NCBI GenBank assembly: GCA_028534125.1
Contig: CM052816.1
Location: 46,440,001 to 46,504,000 of the forward strand
Direction of reading: 5' to 3'
DNA from: Lama glama
Taxonomy: Eukaryota
Length of the DNA: 64,000 nt
A model generated the notes under the pieces. It was not told the origin of the DNA. It did no database searches and worked only from the letters and a program-made list of their open reading frames with translations. Both the position numbers and the translations under genes were made by a program. This document shows, piece by piece, positions 38,950 through 53,800 of this stretch. The first letter of the stretch is position 1. Each line of letters starts with the position of its first letter.

Positions 38950-41277
38950 TATTAATCAAATTCCCTTCCAACTCTCAAAGCAGCCATTCTAAGCCATTAT
39001 CAGTCTCACCCAGATCAGTGGCCCCTCATTCCACCCTTCACATTGCCTGCCTCCAGCTAAACCCAGATTAGAGGCTCCTAAGGCCTCTACTCCTCTACTC
39101 AGTATCTCCCTTCTCTCCACAGCCTCCTCTTACCTCAAATATACATCTGTAAATGTGCCTACTCTGATACTCTCTTGCTCTCTGTCACCGTCCCTCTCTT
39201 GTTTCCTTTCCTCAGATCTTGGACTCATTCCTCATAGATTAAAATACTGCATTGTCCCTTAGCACTGCTCCATATATGTTTACTGTCCCCTAATCAGCTT
39301 ATACTTATACTCATCAAGGCAGTTGTTCTAAACATTTATGTATACCCTTTAACCTCTGCCCACCATTACCCCCTTCACATCAATTAATAACTTCAATGAT
39401 TCAGACTTCAGAGAGGAAATGGCAGCCATCTGAAATGAATTACAGAATTTCCTCAACATATTCCCCCCCAGACATAAACACATATAAACTTCCCAATTTT
39501 GGTACCTATATTTCATTAAACTTTTTCTGGACTCAGAGGGAAAGATGTGGTTCCTTCCTCTCTCCTAATCATCACATTTCCTTCTTCCTTATAAAGAATC
39601 ACCATCTCTTCCTGTATGCTCAAGCTCTCCCTCTCTACTAGCTCCTTTCCTCCCATCTTGAATATTCTCATATATCCCAGGCTTCACCCCTACACTACTG
39701 TAAAAACCAAACCAACAAGATAAAACAAAACAAAAGGACCTTCACTTTGACCCTAAATCTTTTTCATACTACTACTGCATTTCCCTTCCTGTTTTCATGA
39801 TAAAATTTCTTCAGATTGACTTCTTTCTTGCTTCCATTTTCCTAGTTCATTATCCTTAGACTTTTGCCCCACAATGTGGCACCTCCTGACATCACAAAGA
39901 TTAGTAACAGCCTCCTCACTGCTGAATCCTCATCAGTTGACTTTCTTCTTCCTCACAAACTCTCCCTCCCTTAACACTCATTAGACTACTTTCTTCTAAC
40001 TCTTCCTCTAATTCCCTGACTCTATTTCCCTTCTATTCTTTGCTACCTCTCCTTTGCCTGCCTCTTAAATGCAGGAATTTCTCAAGATCTGATCCTCTTC
40101 TCACTCTATGCTCTCTCTGAGGGACATGATAATCTGATAGAGATGTTTTAGAGAAGTCTTTTGACAGTTTCTTTAATTCTGTGGTTCTGATGACATTAAT
40201 ATTTCTACTAATACCTAAAAAAGTTTAAATGTTAGTTAGCTTTATAAAAATTACTAATTCTAATCCTCCTGCCTACCAAATGGATGCCACAAAGTGGTTT
40301 CATCCAAGCATCCCATGAGTAAAAGTGGACACATCAAATTAATCAGGTTGAAATGTTTTCTTCACACCCTTGGTAATTTAATCTTACTGAATATATACTC
40401 TGTATGATGATTTACTATCTATTCCTCAGACTCCCTGTATTTGACCTTTAGGTTTAAACTTTTAATAGTTTACCAGACATGTCTACATAGATGTCCTACT
40501 GGTTCCTTTAAGTCAACAAATCCAAAACAATTTCAATTTCTTCTCTTCCCAAGCTGATCACCCGCCTTGTAATCCTCTCTTGGTTAGCAGCACCAAGGTA
40601 AGCCTGGCCACCACAGTCAGAAACCCAGGAGCCATCTGTGATTTCTCCTTCCCCTCATTCAAAAGCTCATTAAATCCCCTCAGTTATGCTTTCCTTCAAA
40701 TCTGTCAGATATGCCCCACCTTTCTCTCCTCAATGCATGGTTGGAGCCAAATGTCCTCATCATCTTTGGATTCAACCAGCTTCTAAGATATCTCTTAATA
40801 TGATTTGACCATCCTTCAATCCATGTTCCATGCCAGAAACATCTTTCCAAGAGCAAATCTGCTTAAAACTGCTTTACTTCTTTGCGTAAAACTGTGATCA
40901 GTTTCCTACTGGCCATAAGAATATGTTCTCCTCATCATTTCAGAGTCATCATTTGCCACTCCCTCGTGTGCATCCTGAAATCTAACCATACCAAACTAAC
41001 CACAATTCTTTTAACAAGTGCATTCTTAATAGCTTCCTGTTTTTGCAGTTGCTCTTATTTCTTCCTACCTGCATTTATCTAATGAGCACCTAATTAGTTC
41101 AGTATTCCCACTGCCCCTTAAATGTGCTTCCAGGAGCTCATGTCTCAAATACTACAGCAATTACCCTTTTTTTCTGCCAAAGTTGTTAAGACATAGTATC
41201 TTACTTGTCTTTGCATATCAAGTACATAGCAGGGTGTGGGCATGTGATACTTAGGAAATTTTGGTGAAGAAATAAAG
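38950..41277 (+). mobile_element. Long degraded L2 (~2.3 kb, interrupted at ~40136-40378)
   Basis: Pyrimidine-rich body; ctcttaaatgcaggaatttctcaagatctgatcc; agacatgtctacatagatgtcc..agtcaacaaatccaaaac; gtcagaaacccaggagccatctgtga; tail ggcatgtgatacttaggaaattttggtgaa. Confidence 0.8.
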
Positions 41278-42737
41278 GCAATCATTATGCACATGTGGAT
41301 AGTATAAAATTTTCTGATTATATTTCTTTGAGAAAATAGCAAGTCCATGGAGGAGAGAGATAAATGTATATATGTACTGAATTTGAATCAAGAGCAAAAT
41401 CTGTAATGGTACTGAATTTTTGGCATGCAAGAAACAAGTTGTTTCAATTAGATTTTCACTTTACTACTCTATTTACTTCTATTTATTTGGGATTAACCTC
41501 ACCTTATTCTGTAATATTTCATCTGTAAAGTCAATCACTGGAAATTCAGCTTCCTTTTCAAGATTCTCTTTTGAAAGTTCATTGAGTGCTCCCAGGTAAT
41601 ACAATCACAAGGAGGGGGGGAATGTAGGCAAAGAAACAATCTGACTGTTTAAAAATAATCATGACAAAAGAGTTTTCAATGTGATTATTAACTTACCCAA
41701 CACAGATAGTTCACTAATTTGAGATTTTTAAGAGCTATAAAGAATAAACCTTGCCTTACCAAAATTTTGCAAGCATTTAATTTTTCAGTACTGCAAAATA
41801 GACTTGATCAACTGTTTTTCCTCCATAAGGTTCTACTTTAAGACCTCCATATGCTCAGTTTTAATAATCTGCTTTCAAAACCAGGAACCATTCCAAATAT
41901 GAGTTATGGAAATATTGTGCTTCTTATTAAAAACAACATGAAAAGAAATATCCGAAGCCCAGGTATCAATCTGTAAAACACATAGTGGCAGATCCATGTG
42001 AAAGGTCTGTATGAAGAATTACTGCTTAAAATCACTTTTACTGCGGCAGTTTAACTTGTTTCACTAGAAGTGAAAATTGCTATGACAAATATGTCACTAT
42101 GGAGGTCAAATGGTAATTTGCACATGCTAAACAGCTCAGCAGGAAATTACATGTGATCCTCGAAATCACTAGCATTCCCACCAGAAATCATTTTAGAAGA
42201 CATGGAGGTCACATGGATTGTGTTAGGGATAAAACTCTTTCAAACACATGTTCCACCCTCTCCTGTGGGAGGAAGAAATTGAAAGGTATGGAGAGAGGAA
42301 TGATCAAGGTGTTTAAAGTTGGAGAAATGTTGTAATTTAGTGTAGTTACAGAAAAGGGAACTAGAGAAAAGTGTCATCAGAGACTAATAATAAATAACTG
42401 CTTAACTAACTCAATATTTTGATACTGTTTTATCACTTGATATTAGTAAAATGCATTTATGCTTACATATTTTGTTATCAAGAAAAATATGACATGGAAA
42501 AAGGGAAAAAACTACTGAGGATAATTTGGACGTTACTTAAGAGGAACTGTTATGATACAGCAGGTTTGTTTCACCTGCATATGCCTCCTTAAAAAAAAAA
42601 AAAATCCGAGTTAGTAGTCTGGTTCTCCAGTGGTCTGATGAGTGTGCGATGAATAGGGCATGACATTCCGCAGTAACCTGTATATTTGTATTTATACATT
42701 GAAGAATGCTGTATCTTGTTAATGATCCTAAGTAAGT

Positions 42738-42775
42738 AGAAGATTATGAGCACAGCAGAAGATTATGAATACAGC
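42738..42775. repeat. 19-bp tandem duplication
   Basis: agaagattatgagcacagc / agaagattatgaatacagc (2 mismatches). Confidence 0.8.
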
Positions 42776-42964
42776 AATAAGATGGCCATAAAGTATTACT
42801 GTGATTCCTTTCTTCCAATGGTAAATCTCTCAGGGCAAAAAGCCAAGGAAAGAAACAGGACTTTCCTTTTGCCAAAGACTGTATCTGTTACTATTTCATC
42901 TTAAAATTTTTTACTTCTCATATCTTATTCCAGTCTTACATAAAGTTCCCCACACCTAGACATA

Positions 42965-45050
42965 TACTCACCCACTGCTTTATTCTTAAATGAGTACATA
43001 TTTTGTTTTAGGAATTATGCTCTAGGGGTGACCAAGATTCATAGTCTCTCTTCCCAAGGATCAGCTGGTTTAATAGGGAGTACAAACAGGATGATGAATA
43101 AAAGAAGGGAACTATAAGTTGATCTGGGAGCACAGAGCATAGTCACCTAGCCCAACCTGAGTAATCAGAAAGATTTCCTGGAGAAAGAGATACCTGAGTA
43201 AGACCTAAAGAGTGTGGAGGTGGAAGCGGGGCTAGAAAAACATCCCACACCAAGAATATACAGTATAAAATAGTCTAGAAGTGATATGCAACCTGGTCCA
43301 ATCAAATAAAGTAAATATTTTTAATATAGCTAAAGCATGGAATGCATGGGAGAACTTCTTAGTAGTTAGCTTAGATTGGCTGAGACCATGGAAGACTTTG
43401 TGAGCCACAGTCCATTACCCTGAGTGCAACAAGAAGCCTCTGGAAGTTTTCCAACAGGAGTTGGGGATCAGCCTTGCATTTTAAAACATCATCCTGACTA
43501 GAATGTAGATGAGGGTTGGTCAAGCCTAGAGGCTGAGAGGCTATTAGGAAACTGCTTTAGTGATCCAGGTGAGATATGACTGTGGTACGGATGAGAACTG
43601 TGGCAGTGTGGGTAGCTGTACCAATCCACAGGAGGAAACTGGTAATAAAGGACTGGACTTAACAGAAGGATAGGGATTGAATATGTGAGTTGAGAGTCAT
43701 CAAAACATAGATGCTATACAAACTACAGCATAAATTAGTATACCAAGTGAGAAAAGTAAAGGACCAATAATCTGGACCATAGGAAAACCAAATTTAACTG
43801 GTAGTTAAAAGATGCCACAAAAGATACAAAGAAAAGTAACAGAAAAGCAAGCAGAATATGAAGTCTCAAAAGCCAAGAAAAGAGAATGTTTCAAAGAGGT
43901 TCATGGTCTATAGTGACCAATGTTTCTTTGAAATCAAGTCAAATATGGATTAAGAACTGTTCCTTAGATTTAAAGACATAGATCTGTGAACTTGTTAAGA
44001 ACACATTCATCAGAGTTCTAGAAGCAGAAGCCAAGTTATCTAGGTTCAAGGGTAAGTAAAGGTGAGAAATAAAGGCAGCTAAGTGTCCAACTCATTAATT
44101 AACTTTAACCATGAAGCAGAGAAGAGACAGATGTCAAGGTGGAGGGGCTCTGACGAAGAGAGAAAGGTAGTATATAGTTCGTTTTTTTTAGAGAAATATT
44201 TGAACTGTGGGAACTGATCAGTAAGGAAAGACTGAAGTGGAAAGAGAGGTAAGAATGCTCCAGACCATGAGTAGCAGTATTAATAACAAACAAAAGAAAG
44301 TATTGTCACAATTGAAAGATGGTACATTGTTGACAGTTTTTATGTTGTCTCACATTTTCTCTTTGAAGTTAGAGACTGAGAGAAGGAAAGAGAAGGAAAC
44401 ATAAGAGGTTCAAGGAACATACAGAAGTGTTGAAAGCATCACCGTGGAATGCAATGGAGGGAGTCAACTACAGATACTTGGAAGTATGGCTGGGCCCTGT
44501 TAAGGGTCATTGATTCTGGAAATCATGAATATATAGTGGCATATATCTTCAAGTTTGTTTGATGTTCACAAGCTGTGGAGCTGCACTGACCTAGAATGGC
44601 CCAATTAGATTTATCCAGTATTGGGACCCTTCAGGAAAGTTACGATAGAAGGATAAGGGGACAAGACAGGTAAAGACATTAACAGCATATTCAAGTTGGG
44701 TTCAGAAAGACGCAAAGACAAGAGCAGACTTGTATAGAGGGACAAGTGGAAGAGACAAGGGATCAGAAGTTCCCATGCTTCCCAGAAACTATGGGTTTAC
44801 ATGGTTGGATTCTATACCTTGGAAGAAGTTTAGGGTTATAACAAAATCTGATGTGTGGCAATGGAACAGGATAGTTGAAGTGGTTTATAGACAAATGTCA
44901 CACTGACACTGAGGACAAGTAACTTAAAATCTAGGTTGTCAAGCAGGTCATCCAAATAGATACTGAAGTCCCCTAGAAGGATGACACTATATGAGATTGA
45001 GAAAAGTCAGTGCTAAAATCTTTCTAGAAAAGAGGAGACAAAAGCCTGAA
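42965..45050 (-). mobile_element. Long degraded L2 (~2 kb)
   Basis: tgggagcacagag..cacctagccc..tcagaaagatttcctggag; ttgcattttaaaacatcatcctgact; gctattag..tccaggtgagatatga; aagccaagaaaagagaatgtttcaaagagg; gatactgaagtcccctag. Confidence 0.85.
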
Positions 45051-45463
45051 AGATGTTTTCAGTAATTCCACAGTTATATAAATGAAGACCATTTCAACTG
45101 AAATAATAATACTTTTGTTTTTAAACAGGGACTTGTTTCCTAGTTGATGATGATAATGGTGAAGAATGCTATTTATGAGGAGCTCAAGTTTAATCCAAAT
45201 CATGTCATTCACAGTCCGCACAGGCTCTTCATTGAGAATAATTCTCTACACACTACTTCATCTCAATAAGCAACTTATCAGGGAATTATGAGTAAGAGAA
45301 GTGAATCGTATAGCTAATAAAACTTAACCCCTTTAAATACTGCATTGTTGACAGAAATAAATATTTAAGTAATATGGTTAAACTAGCCTTTAACCACTTA
45401 CACAGAGAATCAGGCATATTGATTAAGCTTCTTCTTAACGCCTTAGGGCTATCACTTTTTGAG

Positions 45464-45632
45464 GCAGTGTTTGCCAAACACTGCTGAAAACTGTATTATT
45501 TGTTAAGTACAGATTCCTGGTTCCTATCCCAGACACACTGAACCAGAATTTCCAACAGAAGAACTGGAAAAGTTGAGTGTTTAAACAAACCTCCTTGGTA
45601 ATTCTTATTACCAGGGATGTTTGAAAAACAAT
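45464..45632. mobile_element. MER5-family hAT-Charlie DNA transposon
   Basis: cagtgtttgccaaac..tacagattcctgg..cccagac..actgaaccagaatttcc..ttaaacaaacctcc..ggtaattctt..gtttgaaaaaca. Confidence 0.8.
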
Positions 45633-48600
45633 AAATAGCCTTAGGGTGTGTAACCTTTGATCCCACATTAAATAGATCTAGTTTACAATGTCTTTAAGAG
45701 CTTTTCTGCCATTTTCTTTGTCGTCAACTATCACTTCTTTTTGCTACTGACATCCCTATCTCAAGCAGTTTTTTTCTTCTTATCACAATGTATGAATTAC
45801 TACAATGTAAAAACTAGTTAGCCAAGTTTGTTAGAATTCTAAGGGAAATAAGAATATGTAGGTTCTGGTTGATGATCAGAGACCACACCCATGAGTAAAA
45901 CTATACACATTTTTCATTTAAAGATTTTGTAGTATCTATCCAGATTTTATTCACTTTTAGATTTGGGGGCAATTATCCAGATAATTGTCAGATAATTTAC
46001 TCTAATATTAGAGCAGAAGTCTGGACTTGAATAATGCACCCAGGTTTGGTTTGGATTTTGTATTTTACCAAATACTCTAATTCCAAGCCAGATATTTGGC
46101 ATCATATGGATATGCCTGAATTCCTTTTTTTTTTTTTCTTTTAACTGTAGCAGGACTAACCTGTATTTGATGCTGGATTTCATGTGTTTGACAAAGAGGA
46201 AAAAAGTTAAAATTTTTATTTTTACATTGCACAATTATATACATAAATTTCCCAAAAAGAAAACCATTAAATGTGGTATCCTAATCTAATTGCTGAATTT
46301 CACAATAAAGTCATTTCATTCTATTTGGGTATCAGTCTTCAATCTAGGCACCCTAATCTGGGTGACCTGGTAAAAACAGAAAGTAACTTAGAGCACTAGG
46401 AGATGGACCTGTTTCAAAGTCTGTAAAAACTCAGATTTCTGGTTCTTTGCAGAAGCAGACAACATTCAGCAGTCAGTGAGTAAGTGAGCATTCCATGATG
46501 GTGTAAAACTACTATTAGTTTGTAGTGATGTCAGAGAAAAAGTGAAGCTGATTTTGCTTTAAGTCATGGTACTGCCTGGTCTAAAAACTTTGGCCTGTAT
46601 GTTTCTGACCTGGATCTATATTCTCCAGAAGACCTGTTTAAAGATACCTTGTCAGACCTTTTGTTTGAAAAGAGAGGCTTAAGTGTTTTCTCTAACTGTA
46701 ATTAAAGTCTCAAACTAGTTGGCTTTCTCAAAATGCTGTGCCTCACCTCCTCCAAGTTGTTTATGTTAGCTTAACAGGGCCACTGCAACCTGTCCCCCTC
46801 TTCCTTGCTGTGCTATTGAAACACAGTAAGAAGACCCTTCGAGCCAACCATCTGCTCTTCAATTAAACTAGCATGCATTTTCTTTTCAATAATTTATTGT
46901 GGGCGTCTTTTTGTTTCCAAGTAACTGTTGGTAAAAACTCATGAATTAATTGGGAAAATGAACTAAACAAAGACATAATTTCGCTTGCAAGATGGAAAAC
47001 TTAGGGAAGTAAGGTACGACAAGACCACATGGCATTTTTGCCATGATAGCTGGCCCTATATGTTCCTAAAGCCTGTAATTTAGCCACTTTCCAATAAAAG
47101 TCTAAGAACAATCACAATGGTTGTGGCTAAAAGTAAGCATGATGCAAGATTTACTAATAAATCAGACTGCTTTATAATTACCCATGAAATAACAACACTT
47201 GACCCTGATTTATTTTGTGGGCTGCCTTTTTCTCCAAAACATGTTGAAGTTGATTTTTTTTCTTAAAACCAGATGTTTTAACAATTCAAAGAAGATAGAT
47301 GGAATGCAAACTCAAGACCAAAACTGTTTTAAGTTTGCATTTATTATTGTTGTTATTATAGAAAGGGCCAGGGCTCTACATAAACTGCAAATAAGCCAAA
47401 ATTCTAACTTAGATGACAGTGGCCATCTTGAAATTTTCTAAATGTATCAACAGCTTTGTTTCCACTTTCTGCTAGCACAGAAACAATATGAAAACTAAAT
47501 CAGACAATAAAAGAATTGCTCATCTTTGAAGTTCAATGTGATTCAATGACAGTCCATTTTACCTTATTTATACCTATTAAGTGGGGAAGGGTCCTACTGC
47601 TTAGAAAATGAAATTAAAGATGTATGGTTTACTCAGCAATAAAACCTATCAGACCATGTTTATTTTTGCAAGTATCTTGACAGATGATTTTGTCTCTGTG
47701 TTTGTGACTGGTCCCTTTAACAACACAAGGAATTTACGACAACCTGAGGATTAGGAATTGGGAAGTGTCCAATGGCCTTCTCCAAAGTAAGAAGGGCAAA
47801 GGGCTCCTGTTCTGTTCTCTTGGTTGTGTACAGCTAGTTTCAGAAAAGCAAGCACTAAGTCCACCCTAGAGCCAGAGCTCCTAGGTACTGGTTCCAAGTG
47901 GATAAGAACAGGGAGGGGGAGGTAAGAGATAAGATAGAAATGCATGGACCATGCTGATAACTGCAGTGACAATAATGAGGAAGGCTGACAGTGTGACATG
48001 TGGAAGTACAAGTCCATTTTAAGCCAGAATAGAATGAGCCTTTTCCAAAATAATGATTACTTAGGTACTTCCTCTTACCTAGATTAGATCATTACATTAG
48101 TGCTTCGTTTTGCTTAATTTATTTATTTTAAATAGATGGCCTTTGCTAACTAACCAAGGTAAGTACTTAGGAGAAGTGGATTGACAGGACTTTTCTGATA
48201 GCATGTGCACAGTATCAGGTTATTATCACTGGTTTCTAGCTGGCAGAGAGACCCTTAGGCACCAAGGATTTAGCACAACATAGCTGCATGGAGAAATAAA
48301 AGGAAAGCACCTAAAAATGAGGTACTGCTTTTCTTTTGTCATAGAATCATCATTTGCCAAACCACCTTGAGGAAAAACGGCCTTCAAAGGGGGTTGTTTA
48401 TGATTATTTCATACAAAATGGAATGTTGAAGTAGAATAGAGAACATGTGATTTTTATATGCCACCTTTGTTAGACAAGGCATTACAGGACATTTTAAATC
48501 AGTAATATATTGTTCTTGTATGTCCTGGCAGACAAATACAAAGGCCAGTACACATCCAAAGATAACTTGATGTAGTTTGTGTTGCAAGAAAGGGGAATGT

Positions 48601-48674
48601 TGACCAGAAAGTGAGGTTTGTTTTTGATATATTTCCTGGGGTCTCGAATAAAGAGTGGTAGAACGAGAGTCTTT

Positions 48675-49175
48675 CAGTCATTCAGTAAATATTTGGGTGC
48701 TTCCAATGTGCCAAGCATGTTATTAGTACATTACCATGGTGAACAAAAACAGGGTTCCTGGCCTCATGAACTTTCAGTATATTGGCAAAGACCTGTGGTG
48801 ACCAAGTATCACAACTACAGTAAGTGCTACAGAAGAGCTGCATGGTGACGAGAGGAGAGTAATGTGGGGACTGACTAAGAGAGGAAGGTAGGAGAGGGCC
48901 TAAGAGAGAAAGGAGGAAGCTGAGGAGAAGAGGAGAGGAAAAGAGGGCCTTCCATGTGGAGGACATGGCCAGCCCCAGTCCTATGTTGGGAAGCAGCTCT
49001 GGCCAGAGGACCAACTGAAAGGAAGCCCATGTGGATGGAGGATAAGCAGCAGGCAGGGCACCCCGGGAAGTGAGTGAGGAGAACTGAGAAGGGACCTGAG
49101 CTTCCCAGCCTTGTAAACTCTGTTAGGGGCAAATCCCCAAAGAGTAACAGGAAGCCACTGATACGTTTTTTAACT
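48675..49175 (-). mobile_element. L2 3' portion
   Basis: cattcagtaaatatttgggtgcttccaatgtgccaagc..ggtgaacaaaaacag..cctggcctcatgaact..taagtgctac..gccttgtaaac..ggaagccactga. Confidence 0.88.
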
Positions 49176-50467
49176 ATAATCAGAAAATCCCAGAAAATAT
49201 GATTTAGTGTTGCTGCCCTTGTCTATACTTCAAAAATCTCCTTTTTTTTTTTTCAGGAATCATGGCATTATACATATTTTCAGACACTCTTTGCTCTCAT
49301 TCATGCTCCAGTCTCAATTAAAAAAATTCAACAGAGACCTGCAGTCTTGTGGGCCTGAAGCAGAGCTCATTTTGCCTTCTGTTCAGCAGATTAAGAAAAG
49401 GTCTAAAAAAGATTCTTTTAAACACCAAATGTAGTAAATTTTTCTCTTTTTTTTTCATAACAATAACTAAAGAAATCAAAAGGAGCATTTGGGGAGGGGT
49501 GGGGGAGGTCCCTGCATGATTATTTTACAATTTCTCTTAAGCCACTTCTAAACTGTGCAAAGAGGCTAATGCTTTTCTCTCATATGCTGATGGTAAAAGC
49601 AAATATTTACAAGACAGGCTGTCCAGGAAAGAAATAGAATCCACATATAATCTGTTTTTATTGCACTGTCTGCTGCTCAATTTTATAAACAGCTGCTGGC
49701 CAAATGTAATTCGAACCCAAACCCAAAATTTTGTGCCTTTTTGTTGAAGGGAACAGAATATTTTGCTTAAATATGTCAAAGAAACTGTTGAGAGTCATTA
49801 GGGTTTTGGGCTGGGTGGTTTGTTTTTTTGGCAATTTGGAATCTCATTTTGAAACAGTCTACAGAACCATGTAGCAAAAAAAGAATTATATTGTTATAAA
49901 AGCCCAGTATGAGCCTAAATCAGAGACATTAGAGTACGCGCTTCCAATCATGAGTAGGTGGCACAAACATGAATCCTACTGAGAAATAATGAGATGTGTG
50001 TACATATGAACCTCCTGTGTATCTTTTTGAAAACATATCCCCAAGAGAAAATGATATAAAACAACTTGCAATTAAACTTTATTTGATGCCAGATGAGAAA
50101 CAAATGTTTTAGAAACTGTAATTTTTAATATAATAATTTTTCCTTTGCATGTGCAGACCAGCAGCTTCTTATAATGCTCCCGTTTCTTAGCCAACATTTA
50201 TTTCTAAAGTAATTCAACAGAGGCTGAAATTTTAATTGCATTTCTTCCCTTATTTGTATATTTACTTTGTAAGTTTTTTTGAGAAATGAATTATTTCAGC
50301 TTGACTTTAGAGGTCATGGGACATATACACCATTATGAAAGTAAATGTTTTCTTCAAAGACATTCTTAACAGGAAAATAGCAGATTTCTCAATCTATTAT
50401 ATGTAATAGCTCATAAACTTTCCCAACACTAAAGACTTGTTCCTTTTGGATTTCTAAGCAGTACAGC

Positions 50468-50810
50468 AGTTGTTCCCAAGTGTTTCAACTACTAGGACTC
50501 CATTTTAATGGCAAAAATACTCAAGCATCTCTGCCCACAAGATAACAAACTTTTACAATACATTATTCATGATGAGAAAACAGCACAATGATAAGAAAAT
50601 ATAATTAATCCCATAGTAGTTTTAATAGAATGTATGTTCTGTAACCACAAGTGCTTATGCATACATTTGAAAAAACAGCACTACAACCACATTCAAGATA
50701 TACTAGCTATTCATTCTAAAGGTAATGCTTGCTTCATATGTGAGAGACCCTGCAATCTCCACAATCCCTATCCTAACTTTTCTGAGAAACCCCAATGTTT
50801 GATAAATCTA
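50468..50810. mobile_element. Probable hAT-Charlie non-autonomous DNA transposon
   Basis: Degenerate TIR-like ends cagttgttcccaa..gtttgataaatct around an AT-rich interior. Family not identified. Confidence 0.45.
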
Positions 50811-53800
50811 ATTAGGCATATATATAATCTATAAGATTATTACAGATATGTATATGTGTGTATACATATAATCTGTAAGATAAAAACCATCACTATAGTG
50901 ATATGTAATCTCCATTACAATAACCCTAAAGGTTTAAAATTGTGTATTTTTTAAATTGTGATATTTTTCACGGAAAATCTTGTAGTAAAGAGATGAGAAG
51001 CTGGAAGCAGTTTCTGCAACACATCACTTGACAGGAAGTTAAGTTATCAGAATGAAGTCTTAATAGGTAACAATCTCAAATCTCATAACCATACATGGTG
51101 TATGTCCTAGTTACCATGCAGATATGAAAGGTCCATTAAGGTTCCTTATCAGCTGCATATTGGTGTCATGTAGAGAGTCTGGTAGCATAAACCTGAACTG
51201 CAAAAGTCTCCACACAATGCTCAGTTATCAGTCATCTTACCTTTGAGTTTAAACAGCCACTAAGTAGACTTTCTCATGTCACTAACAAAGGACACTGTCT
51301 TCCTAAACCATTTAGCTAAAGCTATTACTTTCATTACATTCTAATATTTTTTTCTTAACCAAAACACCTAAAAAACATATTAGGCTCCTAGAATTAAATA
51401 ATACAGTACAGTATTACTGGTCAGCAATTAAACACAGTCTTGAGGATAGCCTGTTTCAATATGCAGCAATTATGTGACAAAATGAGCAGAGTCTCTGTGG
51501 TAATCTCTTAGATTTTAAATTGATCACATGTATCATTTAGCCCTTCTACTGGGATTCTCACAAATAGTTGAGTTTTCATGTGTTTAGTTTCCACCACTGA
51601 GATGCCTTTAGACCATGCTGAATAAAATATTGTATGATTTTCCAACTCTCTGCCTACCAGGGCTGAACATGAACCATCTGGATGCTCACTAGGTGGGCAG
51701 GGACTAAGGTTAGCTGAGAAACTGTACTCCACACTGAAGCAGGACAGAGGAAAGAGCCAAAAGCCATATGGGAAGGGAAAGGTAGAAAAAGCTAGAAGAA
51801 AAGTTCAAAAGGTTTTTTAAACAATGACATCAGAGACCAGAAGTAAGGCACTCAGAAGTCAGTTTGACGAGAAAGTGACTATTGGATTTGGGGGCCATGG
51901 AATGAGGTGAGGAAAGTAGGAATGTCTAGAATGATATTTATATTAGTATCTGTTCTTATGAGCCAGCAGGACTTCTGCCCAGGTGGGCTTCCCAGGCTTA
52001 AAGAGCCAGAAAAAGAATGACTAAACTTAAAGGCTAATTTTGCCTCTAAACCAATGGTTGTTCTTAGCTTGAACTCAAATTACTAATTCCACTTATACAT
52101 TCTAATCTTGGAAGACACACTGAGTCAACCTATTTCTTGCTATTAAATTTATTATTGTTTATATAAATATTGACTTCTTCTTTTGCAGGTTGTACCACTC
52201 TAACAGGAATCTAAGGGCAGGTTTATTGTTGCTATAAAGATATTAAACTCTTTTAGAGCATTATCTGGGCTTTTACTCACACTAGATTTCCTAATGTGAA
52301 ATGTTTATTCTTTCACTTCAGTGAGGAACAATGAAATCATTATCATGTCACCATCGATGCCATCACCATCATTACCATCTCACTGCTCCCTCTCCTGATG
52401 TCCCCAAACTACCCAAATATTAAGTGGACCTCTCCTAAGGGTATCATCATGGCTCAAGAAAGAGGAACCAAGACACTCCACAATTCTATTTTATGTCCCC
52501 AAAGGTTGTAATTAGTGCAAAATACCCAAGAACTATCCTTTTCCACGGCTGCTGCTTCTGTCTCTAGGATGGCTTTCAACAGCAGTCCTGGAACAGGAAG
52601 CATCAATAGGCGGGCCTTCAGGAAACAGTAGCAACTTCTAGTGTCTATTATATAGCATCCTCGAATCTTTCTTTAATTGACTAGATAATGGACAGTTTTA
52701 TATTGCTCTCTACAACAACTACAAGCAAGGATTCCCAAACTCTTCCTCAGAGTTCACACCACATCACACACACACACTGTCAGCAGTATTGCTGCCTCTG
52801 CATTTAATACTATGTATGAATTGAATATATGGGAATATTGAATAAATGTATAAAGAACTATAATTGACATACAATTCTCTTCTCTCAAGAAATGCATACT
52901 AGGACACCTAGAGGTTATAAGAAGGATCACCTCATTACGTCTAATCTACACATTGATGCAGTATTTACCACTCTACCCTCAAGGTGATGTATATTGTTGA
53001 TTTGAAGATCACTGATCTACATCAGCATTTTACAGCTTAAAAATACAGTGGGTGTATTTTATTAAAATATGTGTCATATACTAAAAATTTATACTTCATA
53101 ATCCTACTTGCCTTGAACTATAATTGAAAGGGAGAGTATTTTTTAAAAATGAGTCACATGGTTTTCAATGGTGTCTCAATAAAACAAGCAAACAAGGAAA
53201 AAATCAGAATATTTCAAAATTAAGATGATACATCTCAATTTTGCTCTTCCTTGGATAAATAATTAGTGACTCTTAGAATGGTTAATCTAACATTTTTCAA
53301 ATACTGCAAAATATGCAATTCTGGTTCTTTTTCTTCTGCTACACAGTACTTACACAAAATAAGACTTTCACATTAAACAGTAATATTAAGTTAATATGCC
53401 ACAAAATTTTTTAACATACTTACATATTAAACATGATAAGTTTTTGTATTTTACTTAAGCTTGAAATGATTGGGTTTCCTCGTATGAATGAAATAAAATA
53501 AATTATCTAATTTATTTGTGATGCTACAAAGTTAAAGCACACATATGAATTAGTTTTGGTCATTTCTGCAGCTTTAAAATCAGATATGAGATCACTTTTG
53601 AGGTATATTCTTCGATCAAGGTATACAATATATCTTATGACTTCCTGTTGGTATTCTATTAATATATTATAACTTAAATGTGTTTCAGCAGCCGACCAAG
53701 TTTGGGATATTCTGCCCTAACAGGTTATTCAGAGTCCTGGCTCCATCAAATCGCCTAATTCTTTACAGGGTAACAGTTCTGCTAGCAAGCTGAGCTTGGG

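Noticed and set aside
42635..42670. CTGATGAG followed by a short stem (hammerhead or C/D-box-like)
   Set aside because: No GAAA after the stem and no proper C/D box arrangement.
49491..49508. G-rich run as a G-quadruplex
   Set aside because: Only three tracts of 3 or more G.
50840..50878. Imperfect hairpin
   Set aside because: Built largely from self-complementary (TA/TG) low-complexity sequence.
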